Shown in pieces: positions 1 through 10,576 of a stretch of DNA of 64,000 nucleotides. The stretch is from an uncultured Streptomycetaceae bacterium (GTDB taxonomy: Bacteria; Pseudomonadota; Gammaproteobacteria; Burkholderiales; SG8-41). Made by a program: the position numbers and the translations under genes. The DNA lies in NCBI GenBank assembly GCA_964521405.1, contig CAZFRR010000176.1, positions 16,285 to 80,284 on the forward strand, in the 5' to 3' direction. Numbering within the stretch: position 1 is the stretch's first letter; each line of letters opens with the position of its first letter. The notes under the pieces were generated by a model. It saw only the letters and a list, made by a program, of their open reading frames with translations. It made no database searches and was not told where the DNA came from.

Positions 1-647
1 CCGGAAAAAAGCGCGAGATGCAGCCGCGGCGAGAACTGCCCCTCGAACTGGGTAATGGCATCGGACGCGGGCAACCCAAGTTCGGCACGGAATACACGCA
101 GCGGCTGCTCCCAGTGCCATACCATGGCTCGCGGAATACTGAATACCCAGCGGTAGGGTGTGACGCCGAGGCTGCGCACCCACAGCATCCAGGACGCTGC
201 GGGAAACTGCGACGGATCGATGGCCGAGTACATCGTCATCGGCGAGAGCGCGGAAGAAGCCCAGGCGAGCCCCGTCTTGTGCGCGAGTAGCGGCCCAGCG
301 AACGTGAGCGGGTGCGTGACGAGAAGGTCTGCGCCGCTGCAGGCGCGCGCGAGGTCTTCGTAGCTTTCGCGCACGTGCGGCATGAACATCTCCCGCACCA
401 TGATTTCCGGTCCGCGCCAGGGGTCGACCAGCTTTTCCATGATCGCTTCCTTGTCGCCGAAGCGCGTCATGTCGGGACGCATCGGCGCGAACCCGATGCC
501 CGCCGCTTCGACCGCCGCGCGATATTCCTCGAACGTTGCGATCAGCGGCCGGTGGCCGCGGCGCGCGAGCTCGCTCGCCACGGCGACATAAGGATGGAGG
601 TCGCCGAGGGAGCCAAAGGTGGCGAAGACGATTTTTTTGCCGCTCAT
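1..647 (-). CDS. glycosyltransferase, GT1/MGT-like (N-terminal part; gene runs off the window start)
   Basis: Absent from the ORF track because there is no stop in the window. My translation from the ATG at 647: MSGKKIVFATFGSLGDLHPYVAVASELARRGHRPLIATFEEYRAAVEAAGIGFAPMRPD... This is the N-terminal GSxGDxxP loop typical of UDP-glycosyltransferase/MGT-type enzymes. Confidence 0.6.
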   Translation of the reverse strand, partial: MSGKKIVFATFGSLGDLHPYVAVASELARRGHRPLIATFEEYRAAVEAAGIGFAPMRPDMTRFGDKEAIMEKLVDPWRGPEIMVREMFMPHVRESYEDLARACSGADLLVTHPLTFAGPLLAHKTGLAWASSALSPMTMYSAIDPSQFPAASWMLWVRSLGVTPYRWVFSIPRAMVWHWEQPLRVFRAELGLPASDAITQFEGQFSPRLHLALFS

Positions 648-657
648 GGCGGAGAGG

Positions 658-727
658 CGTGATTCGTGAGCCGTGATTCGTGATTCGATAGCGTGGTGGT
701 TTTTCGATTCACGACTCACGATTCACG
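658..727. repeat. inverted arrays of 7-nt tandem repeats (CGTGATT-type arm / GATTCAC-type arm)
   Basis: Left arm cgtgattcgtgagccgtgattcgtgattcg (658-687). Right arm cgattcacgactcacgattcacg (705-727). The arms are imperfectly complementary. The right arm overlaps the oxyR stop codon. Confidence 0.8.
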
Positions 728-1673
728 CTTTTAGAGCGCTCCTGCGGAGCGCGGGTATGCCGGGCTTCCCGCCGCGCCGCCGCAGCTCAAGGATGAACTC
801 GGCGAGCCTGTCGGCGTCCTGCCGGCGCGGGGAGGTGGGGCGCGCCACCAGCGCCAGCGTGCGCGTTGGCGCGGGCGATGCAAACGGGCGGGCGATCAGC
901 TTCGTTCCCTTGAGAATGCCCGCCTTCAGCGTGATCTCGGGCAGCAGGGTCACGCCGAGCCCGCCGTCGACCATCTGAATCAAGGTCGGGAGGCTGGTGG
1001 CTTCCACCCCGGCTTCCCAGGCACCGCGGCGGGGGACGCAGGCGGAGATCACGTGGTCGCGCAGGCAATGGCCTTCTTCCAGCAGCAGGATCTCGCCGGT
1101 GTCGAGCCTGCGCAAGGTGATCTCCTTTTCGCGCGCGGCGGGATCATCCTCGCGCGCCACGAACCAGAATTCGTCCTTGAACAGCTCGCGCACGTAGAGA
1201 TCGCCGGTGTCGTACGGCAGCGCGATCAGCGCGATGTCCAGGCTTCCCGCGCGCAGCCGTTCGATCAGGCGTTCGGTCAGGTCTTCGCGCAGGTGAAGCT
1301 TGAGCCCGGGGTGGGCGCGCCGCAGGGGCGGCAGTACCTCGGGCAACAGGAAGGGCGCGATCGTCGGGATGACCCCCATGCGCAGCGGGCCGGAGAGCGG
1401 TGCGACTGAGCGCTTCGCGACTTCCGCAAGGTCGGTGGCGGCCGCGAGCAAGTCCCTGGCGCGGGCAACCACGTCCTCGCCCACAGCGGTCAGTCGCACG
1501 CTGCGCTGGTTCCGTTCCACCAGCTGCACGCCGAGCACGGACTCGAGCTCCTTGATGCCGGCTGACAGCGTGGATTGGGTGACAAACTGTGCTTCAGCCG
1601 CGGCGCGGAAGTTGAGGCGCCCGGCGAGCTCGACCAGGTAGCTGAGCTGGCGCAGGGAGGGCAGGGCGGGCAT
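723..1673 (-). CDS. oxyR: LysR-family hydrogen peroxide sensor OxyR
   Basis: N-terminal HTH (LRQLSYLVELAGRLNFRAAAEAQFVTQSTLSAGIKELE). Redox Cys pair in EEGHCLRDHVISAC, equivalent to OxyR C199/C208 spacing. Divergent from katG. Start placed at MPALPS because the longer ORF start runs into a heptamer repeat. Confidence 0.85.
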   Translation of the reverse strand: MPALPSLRQLSYLVELAGRLNFRAAAEAQFVTQSTLSAGIKELESVLGVQLVERNQRSVRLTAVGEDVVARARDLLAAATDLAEVAKRSVAPLSGPLRMGVIPTIAPFLLPEVLPPLRRAHPGLKLHLREDLTERLIERLRAGSLDIALIALPYDTGDLYVRELFKDEFWFVAREDDPAAREKEITLRRLDTGEILLLEEGHCLRDHVISACVPRRGAWEAGVEATSLPTLIQMVDGGLGVTLLPEITLKAGILKGTKLIARPFASPAPTRTLALVARPTSPRRQDADRLAEFILELRRRGGKPGIPALRRSALKA

Positions 1674-1688
1674 ACGAAGCTTCGCTTC

Positions 1689-1712
1689 AGGGATGAGGGA
1701 TGAAGGATGACC
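1689..1712. repeat. tandem heptamer (A/G)GGATGA x3
   Basis: agggatg agggatg aaggatg in the oxyR-katG divergent region. Same unit family as 10407-10427, 62902-62936 and 63533-63560. Confidence 0.7.
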
Positions 1713-1741
1713 CCGCACTGCGGCAGGGCCCGTAAACCCGG

Positions 1742-4021
<2,280 letters not shown>

Positions 4022-4028
4022 AGAACCC

Positions 4029-4082
4029 GGAGGCGAGAAGGATCGGAGACGAAAGTCAATTCCTCTTCATCCTTCTTCCTCA
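4029..4082. repeat. short imperfect inverted repeat between convergent katG and the gltD-like gene
   Basis: ggaggcgagaaggatcggagacgaaag pairs with tcctcttcatccttcttcctc. The arms show about 8-nt periodicity. Possible bidirectional terminator-like hairpin, without a T-tract. Confidence 0.45.
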
Positions 4083-4097
4083 ACGGGCGCCCGCGCG

Positions 4098-5723
4098 TCA
4101 GATCTTCTCCGGCACCATCTCGATCGCGCCGCACGGGCACTCGACCGCGCACAGCCCGCAGCCCTTGCAGTAGTCGTAGTTGAACTCGAAGCGCTTGCCC
4201 GGGCCGAGCTTGATCACCGCGTTGTCGGGGCAGATGCCGTAGCAGTTGTCGCACTCGAAGCAGTTGCCGCACGACAGGCAGCGGCGCGCCTCGTAGAGCG
4301 CGTTCGACTCGTCGAGGCTGCCGACGATCTCGTCGAACGTGGACTGGCGCCGCAGGACGTCGAGCGTCGGGCGCATCGTCTTGGGCGCGTCCGAGTAGTA
4401 CCAGGGATTGAGCTTGTCGAAGGTGGCGAGTTCGCGCTTGGCGGGGGCTGCATAACGGGCACCCCGCAGCCAGGCGTCGATGTGGCGCGCCGCCTTCTTG
4501 CCGTGGCCGACGGCGACCGTCACGGTGCGCTCGGACGGCACCATGTCGCCGCCGGCGAAAATGCCCGCGTAGCCGGTCATCATGTCGGGCGCCACCTGGA
4601 CCACCCCGTCCCGCACCTCCAGTCCCGGGACGCCTTTCAGCAGGCCGAGATCCACGTCCTGGCCGAGCGCGAGCACCACGGAGTCGGCTTCCAACGTTTC
4701 GAGCTCCCCGGTGGGCTGGGGGAAGCCCTTGTCGTCGAGGACCATTTTTTCCACGGTGATGCTGGATTCCGCGGCCTCCTTGATGGTGGAGAGCCACTTG
4801 ATCATGACGCCCTCCTGCAGCGCCTCTTCGACCTCGAAATCGTGCGCCGGCATTTTCTCGCGGGTGCGGCGGTAGACGATGATCGACTCGGTGGCGCCCA
4901 ACCGCTTGGCGGTGCGCGCGACGTCGATCGCGGTGTTGCCCCCGCCGTAGACGACGACACGCCGCCCCAGCAGCGGCTGCTCCTCGCCCTCCATGCTGCG
5001 CAGCACCGATACCGCGTCGAGCACCCGCGCGGCGCTCCCGGCCGGAATGTAGGCCCGCTTGCCGATGTGCGCGCCCACCGCGAGAAAAGCGGCGTCGAAG
5101 TGCCCGCTGCGCATGGAGTCCAGGATATTGTCCACCCGGGTGTCGAACTTGAGCCGGACGCCGGTCTCGACGATGCGCTGCACTTCGGCATCGAGCACGT
5201 CGCGGGGCAGGCGGTACTTGGGGATGCCGAAGCGCATCATGCCGCCGGCGAGCGGTCCCGCCTCGTGGATCGTGACCTGGTGGCCGAGGCGCCGCAGGTG
5301 GTAGGCGGCGGAAAGCCCGGAAGGGCCGGCGCCGACGACCAGCACGCGCTTGCCCGATTCATGGGCCGGCGGATCGAACTTCCAGCCGCGCCGGATTGCC
5401 TCGTCGCCGAGGAAGCGCTCCACCGAGTTGATGTTCACGGGGTCGTCCAGGTTGCCGCGGTTGCAGGCGGTCTCGCAGGGGTGATAGCAGACGCGGCCCA
5501 TCACCGCCGGCAGGGGGTTGTCGATCGTCAGCGTGCGCCACGCGGATTCATAGTCGCCGGATTCGGCGTGGTAGAGCCAGCCCTGGATGTTCTCGCCGGC
5601 GGGGCAGGCATGATTGCAGGGCGGCAGCCGGTCGACGTAGACCGGGCGATTGGTTCGCCACGAGCCGGTGAGGTTGGCGAGCGAAGAGCCGACGTCGAGC
5701 GTGATGGCAAAGGGCTTATCCAT
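4098..5723 (-). CDS. GltD-like NAD(P)H-dependent FAD oxidoreductase fused to a C-terminal 2x[4Fe-4S] ferredoxin (PorD-like) domain
   Basis: GltD-type N-terminal Cys cluster (CNHACPAGENIQ...CYHPCETACNRG). Dinucleotide fold VLVVGAGPSGLSAAYHL. C-terminal CLSCGNCFECDNCYGICP and CKGCGLCAVECP motifs. Last gene of the por-like operon. Confidence 0.75.
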   Translation of the reverse strand: MDKPFAITLDVGSSLANLTGSWRTNRPVYVDRLPPCNHACPAGENIQGWLYHAESGDYESAWRTLTIDNPLPAVMGRVCYHPCETACNRGNLDDPVNINSVERFLGDEAIRRGWKFDPPAHESGKRVLVVGAGPSGLSAAYHLRRLGHQVTIHEAGPLAGGMMRFGIPKYRLPRDVLDAEVQRIVETGVRLKFDTRVDNILDSMRSGHFDAAFLAVGAHIGKRAYIPAGSAARVLDAVSVLRSMEGEEQPLLGRRVVVYGGGNTAIDVARTAKRLGATESIIVYRRTREKMPAHDFEVEEALQEGVMIKWLSTIKEAAESSITVEKMVLDDKGFPQPTGELETLEADSVVLALGQDVDLGLLKGVPGLEVRDGVVQVAPDMMTGYAGIFAGGDMVPSERTVTVAVGHGKKAARHIDAWLRGARYAAPAKRELATFDKLNPWYYSDAPKTMRPTLDVLRRQSTFDEIVGSLDESNALYEARRCLSCGNCFECDNCYGICPDNAVIKLGPGKRFEFNYDYCKGCGLCAVECPCGAIEMVPEKI

Positions 5724-5742
5724 GCGACCGCCCCAGCAGCAT

Positions 5743-5856
5743 TACCGCAGAGACGCGGAGGCGCAAAGCGATCGCAAAGCAGGATCGTCCATGAGTGGGA
5801 TGCATATTCATCATTGAGTCTTGCGCTTTCTCTGCGTCTTTGCGCCTTTGCGGTTA
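5743..5856. repeat. inverted repeat with arms made of ~8-nt tandem units (NCGCNNAG), intercistronic in the por-like operon
   Basis: Left arm taccgcagagacgcggaggcgcaaagcgatcgcaaagc. Right arm cttgcgctttctctgcgtctttgcgcctttgcggtta. The right arm contains the stop codon of the upstream beta-subunit gene (5854-5856). Confidence 0.8.
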
Positions 5857-6852
5857 GTGCATTTCATCAATCAGGCCGAAGCGGCGGATGTTGCGGTCGG
5901 CGAGCGCCTGGATGCGCGCGATGGTCTCCACGCGCGAGGGATTGCCGAAGAGATGGGCGAAGCGCTTCTGCGGGCGGAGGTATTCCGCCACGGGCAGCTG
6001 GCGTCGGATTTTCGAGACGCTCGTCACCTCGCCGTGCTCGGCTTCGAACACGGGAAACAGCCCCGTCTCCTTGGCGAGCCGCGAGATACGGATGGTGTCG
6101 TGCGCTTCGTGGCCCCAGCCCAGCGGGCACGGCACGAAGATGTGGATGTAGCGGGCGCCGCGGATTTCCATGGCGCGCCTGACCTTCGCTTCGAGATCGC
6201 GCAGTTCCGCAACGGTGGCCGTCGCGACGTAGGGGATGCCGTGGGCGATGGCGATGAGCGGCAGGTTCTTGCCCTGGCCGAACACATTCCCGGGCTCCGC
6301 GCCCACCGGCATGGTGGTCGCCGTGCGCGCCGAGGGCGGCGTCGCCGAGGAGCGCTGCACCCCGGTGTTCATGTAGGCCTCGTTGTCGTAGCAGATGAAG
6401 AGCACGTCGTCGTTGCGCTCGAACATTCCCGACAGGCATCCGAATCCGATATCGGTGGTGCCGCCGTCGCCGGCTTGCGCGATCACCCGCACGTCGCGGC
6501 GGCCCTTGACCTTGAGCGCCGCGGCGATGCCGGTCGCGACCGCGGCGGTGTTGCCGAACAGGCTGTGGATCCACGGGATCTGCCAGGACGTTTCGGGATA
6601 GGGCGTGGAAAACACTTCCAGGCAGCCGGTGGCGTTGGCGGCGATCAGCTGGTTGCGGGTGGCGTTCATCGCCGCGTCGATCGCGTAGCGCGCGCCGAGC
6701 GCCTCGCCGCAGCCCTGGCACGCGCGGTGGCCCGAATTGAGAGAGTTCGTGCGCTGCATGTTGGCCTGCACCGAGCGCTCGCCGGGCTCGAGCAGCCGGT
6801 TGCCGACCGTGAAGGTGCCGGTCTGGTAGAACTTGATGGGCTGGAACGACAT
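5854..6852 (-). CDS. 2-oxoacid:ferredoxin oxidoreductase beta subunit (TPP-binding)
   Basis: CQGCGEALGARYAI and GDGGTTDIGFGCLSGMFERNDDVLFICYDNEAYMNTG are PorB/KorB-type TPP and Fe-S motifs. Confidence 0.85.
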   Translation of the reverse strand: MSFQPIKFYQTGTFTVGNRLLEPGERSVQANMQRTNSLNSGHRACQGCGEALGARYAIDAAMNATRNQLIAANATGCLEVFSTPYPETSWQIPWIHSLFGNTAAVATGIAAALKVKGRRDVRVIAQAGDGGTTDIGFGCLSGMFERNDDVLFICYDNEAYMNTGVQRSSATPPSARTATTMPVGAEPGNVFGQGKNLPLIAIAHGIPYVATATVAELRDLEAKVRRAMEIRGARYIHIFVPCPLGWGHEAHDTIRISRLAKETGLFPVFEAEHGEVTSVSKIRRQLPVAEYLRPQKRFAHLFGNPSRVETIARIQALADRNIRRFGLIDEMH

Positions 6853-6863
6853 GGCGGCGCTCC

Positions 6864-8117
6864 TCAGCCCACCCGGGCCGCGACCACGCCGACGTCGCGC
6901 AGGATGTTCTCGGCGATGGGGCCGGAGCGCCGCTTCTCCTTCATGCGCTCGAGCTCGCGGTGCACGATGGCCCAGTCGAGATCGAGAAAGGTGAGCGGCT
7001 GCAGCTCGTCCTTCTCGGCCTCGCGGAACAGCTTGTGCAGGGAGCGGCGGGTGATCGGCCGTCCGCCGAGGCCCGCGATCACCGTGTAGCCGTGCAGGTG
7101 CACGCCCGAGAGCGCCATGCGGACGTTGGCCGCAACGATGCCGCCGATGCCGACCGCGAGGCTTTTCTCCAGAACCACGACGCGCTTGGCGTGCTGCAGG
7201 ATCCGGCGCACCTCGGCGAGCGGGAACGGGCGGAACGAGATGATTCCCAGCACCCCGATCCGGTGGCCCTCGCCGCGCATCTCGTCGACGGTGTCCTTGA
7301 TCGTGCCGAGCACCGAGCCGAGCGCCACCACGATGGTCTCGGCGTCCTCGGTGCGGTAGGCGCGCACCAGCCCGCCGCTGTCGCGGCCGAAGATCTGCTG
7401 GAACTCGGCCGCGTGCTGCGGGATCAGCTCTAGCGCCTGCATCTGCTTCGCGTGCGCGAGGTAGCGGACCTCGGTGAAGGCTTCGGGCCCCACCATAGCG
7501 CCGATCGAGACCGGTTCCCTCGGGTCGAGCACCTGCCGCGGCTCATAGGGCGGCAGGTAGGCGTCGACCTGGCCCTGTTCCGGCAGGTCCAGCCGCTCGT
7601 AGGCGTGGGTGAGAATGAAACCGTCCATGCACACCATCACCGGCAGCGACAGCTCCTCGCCCAGGCGGAACGCCTGGATGTGCAGGTCGAGCGCCTCCTG
7701 GTTGTTCTCGGCGAATAGCTGGATCCAGCCGCAGTCGCGTTGCGACATCGAGTCGCTGTGGTCGTTCCAGATGTTGATGGGCGCGCCGATCGCGCGGTTC
7801 GCCACCGTCATGACGATCGGCAGCCCCAGGCCGCCGGCGTTGAACATCGCCTCGACCATGTAGAGCAGCCCCTGGCTCGCCGTGGCGGTGTAGGCGCGCG
7901 CTCCCGCGGCGGAGGCGCCGATCGCGACGCTCATCGCCGCGAACTCGGACTCGACGTTGATGAACTCGCAGGGGCTCAACGTCCCCGCTTTCACCATTTT
8001 CCCGAGCGCCTCCACGATGTGGGTTTGCGGCGAGATCGGGTAGGCGCAGATCACCTCCGGCCGGCACAGCGCCACCGCTTCCGCGACACCGCGCGAGCCT
8101 TCAGTTTGCTTCAACAT
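6864..8117 (-). CDS. 2-oxoacid:ferredoxin oxidoreductase alpha subunit
   Basis: N-terminus GSRGVAEAVALCRPEVICAYPISPQTHIVE and overall PorA/VorA-like layout. Overlaps the gamma gene by 17 nt. Confidence 0.85.
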   Translation of the reverse strand: MLKQTEGSRGVAEAVALCRPEVICAYPISPQTHIVEALGKMVKAGTLSPCEFINVESEFAAMSVAIGASAAGARAYTATASQGLLYMVEAMFNAGGLGLPIVMTVANRAIGAPINIWNDHSDSMSQRDCGWIQLFAENNQEALDLHIQAFRLGEELSLPVMVCMDGFILTHAYERLDLPEQGQVDAYLPPYEPRQVLDPREPVSIGAMVGPEAFTEVRYLAHAKQMQALELIPQHAAEFQQIFGRDSGGLVRAYRTEDAETIVVALGSVLGTIKDTVDEMRGEGHRIGVLGIISFRPFPLAEVRRILQHAKRVVVLEKSLAVGIGGIVAANVRMALSGVHLHGYTVIAGLGGRPITRRSLHKLFREAEKDELQPLTFLDLDWAIVHRELERMKEKRRSGPIAENILRDVGVVAARVG

Positions 8118-8697
8118 GTGCGGCTGCCTCCAACATTTCCTGCCGGACGATGTCGTAAGCCGCCGTGGCGGCGACGATGTTGCCCGCGGCGATCTTGCCC
8201 GGGAACTTGTCGCGGATCGCCGCGGCGACCGAGTCCAGGCTGATGAGCCCGGTCACGGCCGCGAAGCCGCCGAGCAGGCCGGCATTGGGCACCGGGCGCC
8301 CGACGTGCTTCAGCGCGAGCTCGGTGGCGGGCACGGTGCAGAGACGCTCGGGCCGGAAGCCCGAGACGAACTCGCCGATGCCGAGCTCGTCGAAGCTGCG
8401 CGAGGTGTTGATGAGTATGTAGCCATCGCCGCGCTTCAGCCCGCCGAAGACGTCGACCTGGTGGAGGAGCGTGATGTCCTGGATGATGATCGCGTCCGGC
8501 TCCATGATGGGCTCGCGCAGCCGTATCTCCTTGTCGTCGATGCGGCAAAACGCGACCACCGGCGCGCTGGTGCGCTCTGAGCCGAAACTGGGAAAGGCCT
8601 GTGCGTGGCGGCCCTCAAGAAACGCGGCGATGGAAAGCATCTCCGCGCCGGTCACGACGCCCTGGCCACCCCGTCCATGCAGCCGGATCTGAAACAC
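8101..8697 (-). CDS. 2-oxoacid:ferredoxin oxidoreductase gamma subunit
   Basis: MFQIRLHGRGGQGVVTGAEML is the typical PorG start. GTG start at 8697 with GGGAGGAGG upstream. Confidence 0.85.
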   Translation of the reverse strand: MFQIRLHGRGGQGVVTGAEMLSIAAFLEGRHAQAFPSFGSERTSAPVVAFCRIDDKEIRLREPIMEPDAIIIQDITLLHQVDVFGGLKRGDGYILINTSRSFDELGIGEFVSGFRPERLCTVPATELALKHVGRPVPNAGLLGGFAAVTGLISLDSVAAAIRDKFPGKIAAGNIVAATAAYDIVRQEMLEAAAHVEAN

Positions 8698-8750
8698 CCG
8701 CCTCCTCCCGCATCCTCGCGGATGAATGTAATCTGGCCCGGAGGAGGGGA
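8698..8750 (-). promoter_or_regulatory. 5' leader of the por-like operon with a possible SD-sequestering hairpin
   Basis: On the mRNA strand, CCUCCUCC (complement of 8741-8749) can pair with the GGAGGAGG Shine-Dalgarno (complement of 8701-8709). An inner CAUCC-GCGA-GGAUG hairpin sits in the loop. Confidence 0.3.
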
Positions 8751-8798
8751 ATTTGCGCTAGATCAAGGTGTGGAGGCGCGCCGGGCGCGCCCGGGCGG

Positions 8799-10343
8799 TC
8801 ACGCGCCGCGCTGCGCGCCGGGCCGGCCGTCTTCCACCGTCCAGGCGGTGAGCGTTTGCACCGCAGCATCGGGCTCTTTCTCGTTTACGGCGCGCATCCG
8901 CGCGGTGCAGCGCTTGGGGGTAAGTTCCATCGCGGTATAGCCGTGGCGGGTGCCGTTGGCGTAGAGAATGTGAGGGTTCTCCGCCTGCCACGCCTGCGTC
9001 TGCTTTGGCGAAGGGCCTTGGGAAGTGATGGAGCCGCCGCCGAACTCCGTCGCTACCGCCGGCAGCCCCGGCCGGTCGAAATCCACCTTCAGGTTGGCGA
9101 CCCCGAAAGTATGCACGTCACCGCTCAACACCAGCGGGTTGGCGACGCGCTTGTCCTCGATGAACCCGAGCAGCCGCTCGCGCGCCTTCGGGTAGCCGTC
9201 CCAGCCGTCGGTCCAGAAAGACTGGCTTTCGCCCAGGGCGCGATCCACCTGCGCCATCAGGGTCTGCTGCGCGATCACGTTCCAGCGCGTGCCCGCGGCG
9301 GCAAGCCCGTCGTGCAGCCATTGCTCCTGCTTTTCCCCGAGCAGCGTGAGTTTCGGATCGAGCCGCTCCGGGCATTCACCCGCGCGAATGACATTGCTGC
9401 CGCCCCGGCCGGGGCGCGTGCACACCTGGTAGGAGCGGTACTGGCGGTCATCGAGGACGTAGAACGTTGCGAGCCCCCCGAAATTCAACCGCGTGTAGAT
9501 GAGGGCATCGGGGCCGCGCGGCTGCATGTGCGGCGGCAGCGGCAGGTGCTCGTAGTAGGCCTGGTAGGCCGCGGCGCGCCGCTGCAGGAAATCGTCGCGG
9601 GCAGCGAGAAACTGGGAGCGGTCGTTCGCGTAATCGTTCTGCACCTCGTGGTCGTCCCAGGTGGAGATCCAGGGGCATGCCGCGTGCGCCGCCTGCAGAT
9701 CGATGTCGCTCTTATAGAGGGCGTAGCGGTTGCGATACTCATCGAGCGTGACCGGCTCCCCGGCATCGTGCTTGCGAACGTGGTTGCTCCCCCAGGACGA
9801 TTCGTAGATGTAGTCGCCCAGGTGAACCACCAGGTCGAGATCCTCCCGCGCCAGGTGGCGGTAGGCGGTGTAATGGCCCTGCTCGAACTGCTGGCAGGAG
9901 CCGAAGGCGAAGCGCAGCCGCTCCGCCGCGGCGCCCGCGGCGGGTGCGGTGCGGGTCCTGCCGGTCGGGCTCGTGACCCCGCCGGCATGAAAACGATAGA
10001 AATAGTCGTGCGCCGGCGCCAATCCGGCGGCTTCGGCGTGCACCGAATGTGCCCACTGCGGCGTGGCGGTTTCGGTGCCGCGGCGCACGATTTTCCGGAA
10101 GGCTTCGTCGGCGGCGATTTCCCATGCTACTTCGACCCCGGCCTGAGGCATGCCGCCGCCGACATGCGGCTCGGGGGCGAGCCGTGTCCACAGCACGACC
10201 CCTTCCGGCGTGGGGTAGCCCGAAGCGATGCCGAGCGAGAACGGGTTGCGGTCGAACTTCGGCTGCGCGCGGAGGCGGGCAAGCGGCGCCGCGGCGGCCA
10301 GGCCGGCGGCGAGAGTCAGGAACCTGCGGCGGGAGACGGACAT
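8799..10343 (-). CDS. phoD: alkaline phosphatase D family (PhoD), Tat-exported
   Basis: Twin-arginine signal MSVSRRRFLTLAAGLAAAAPLARLRA. Metallophosphatase motifs (GDYIYE, WDDHEV, SGDVH). Confidence 0.85.
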   Translation of the reverse strand: MSVSRRRFLTLAAGLAAAAPLARLRAQPKFDRNPFSLGIASGYPTPEGVVLWTRLAPEPHVGGGMPQAGVEVAWEIAADEAFRKIVRRGTETATPQWAHSVHAEAAGLAPAHDYFYRFHAGGVTSPTGRTRTAPAAGAAAERLRFAFGSCQQFEQGHYTAYRHLAREDLDLVVHLGDYIYESSWGSNHVRKHDAGEPVTLDEYRNRYALYKSDIDLQAAHAACPWISTWDDHEVQNDYANDRSQFLAARDDFLQRRAAAYQAYYEHLPLPPHMQPRGPDALIYTRLNFGGLATFYVLDDRQYRSYQVCTRPGRGGSNVIRAGECPERLDPKLTLLGEKQEQWLHDGLAAAGTRWNVIAQQTLMAQVDRALGESQSFWTDGWDGYPKARERLLGFIEDKRVANPLVLSGDVHTFGVANLKVDFDRPGLPAVATEFGGGSITSQGPSPKQTQAWQAENPHILYANGTRHGYTAMELTPKRCTARMRAVNEKEPDAAVQTLTAWTVEDGRPGAQRGA

Positions 10344-10406
10344 GATGCAACTATAACGCGGACGGGTGACATTGCGCTGACAGGCAAGGAGAAGGAATAA
10401 AATTCA

Positions 10407-10427
10407 GGGATGAGGGATGAGGGATGA
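10407..10427. repeat. tandem heptamer GGGATGA x3
   Basis: gggatga gggatga gggatga, read directly. Confidence 0.8.
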
Positions 10428-10455
10428 CCCGCCTATGATGTCCTTCTTTGTGGTT

Positions 10456-10558
10456 TTCTCTGCGTCTCGGCGGTTCAAATATTTGTAATGGTTTTCTTGG
10501 CGGTCTTGGCGACTTGGCGGTTCGATTCAATTCTTGTTTTTCCTTGTGTCTTGGCGGT
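10456..10558. repeat. three same-orientation copies of the (C)TTGGCGG-type arm ending GGCGGTTCAA / GGCGGTTCGA / GGCGGTGAG, with no complementary partner nearby
   Basis: ttctctgcgtctcggcggttcaa (10456-10477). ttcttggcggtcttggcgacttggcggttcga (10494-10523). ttgtgtcttggcggtgag (10543-10558). They lie in the phoD / DUF2520-gene divergent region. Confidence 0.7.
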
Positions 10559-10576
10559 GAGCAGTTTGGTTAGATT

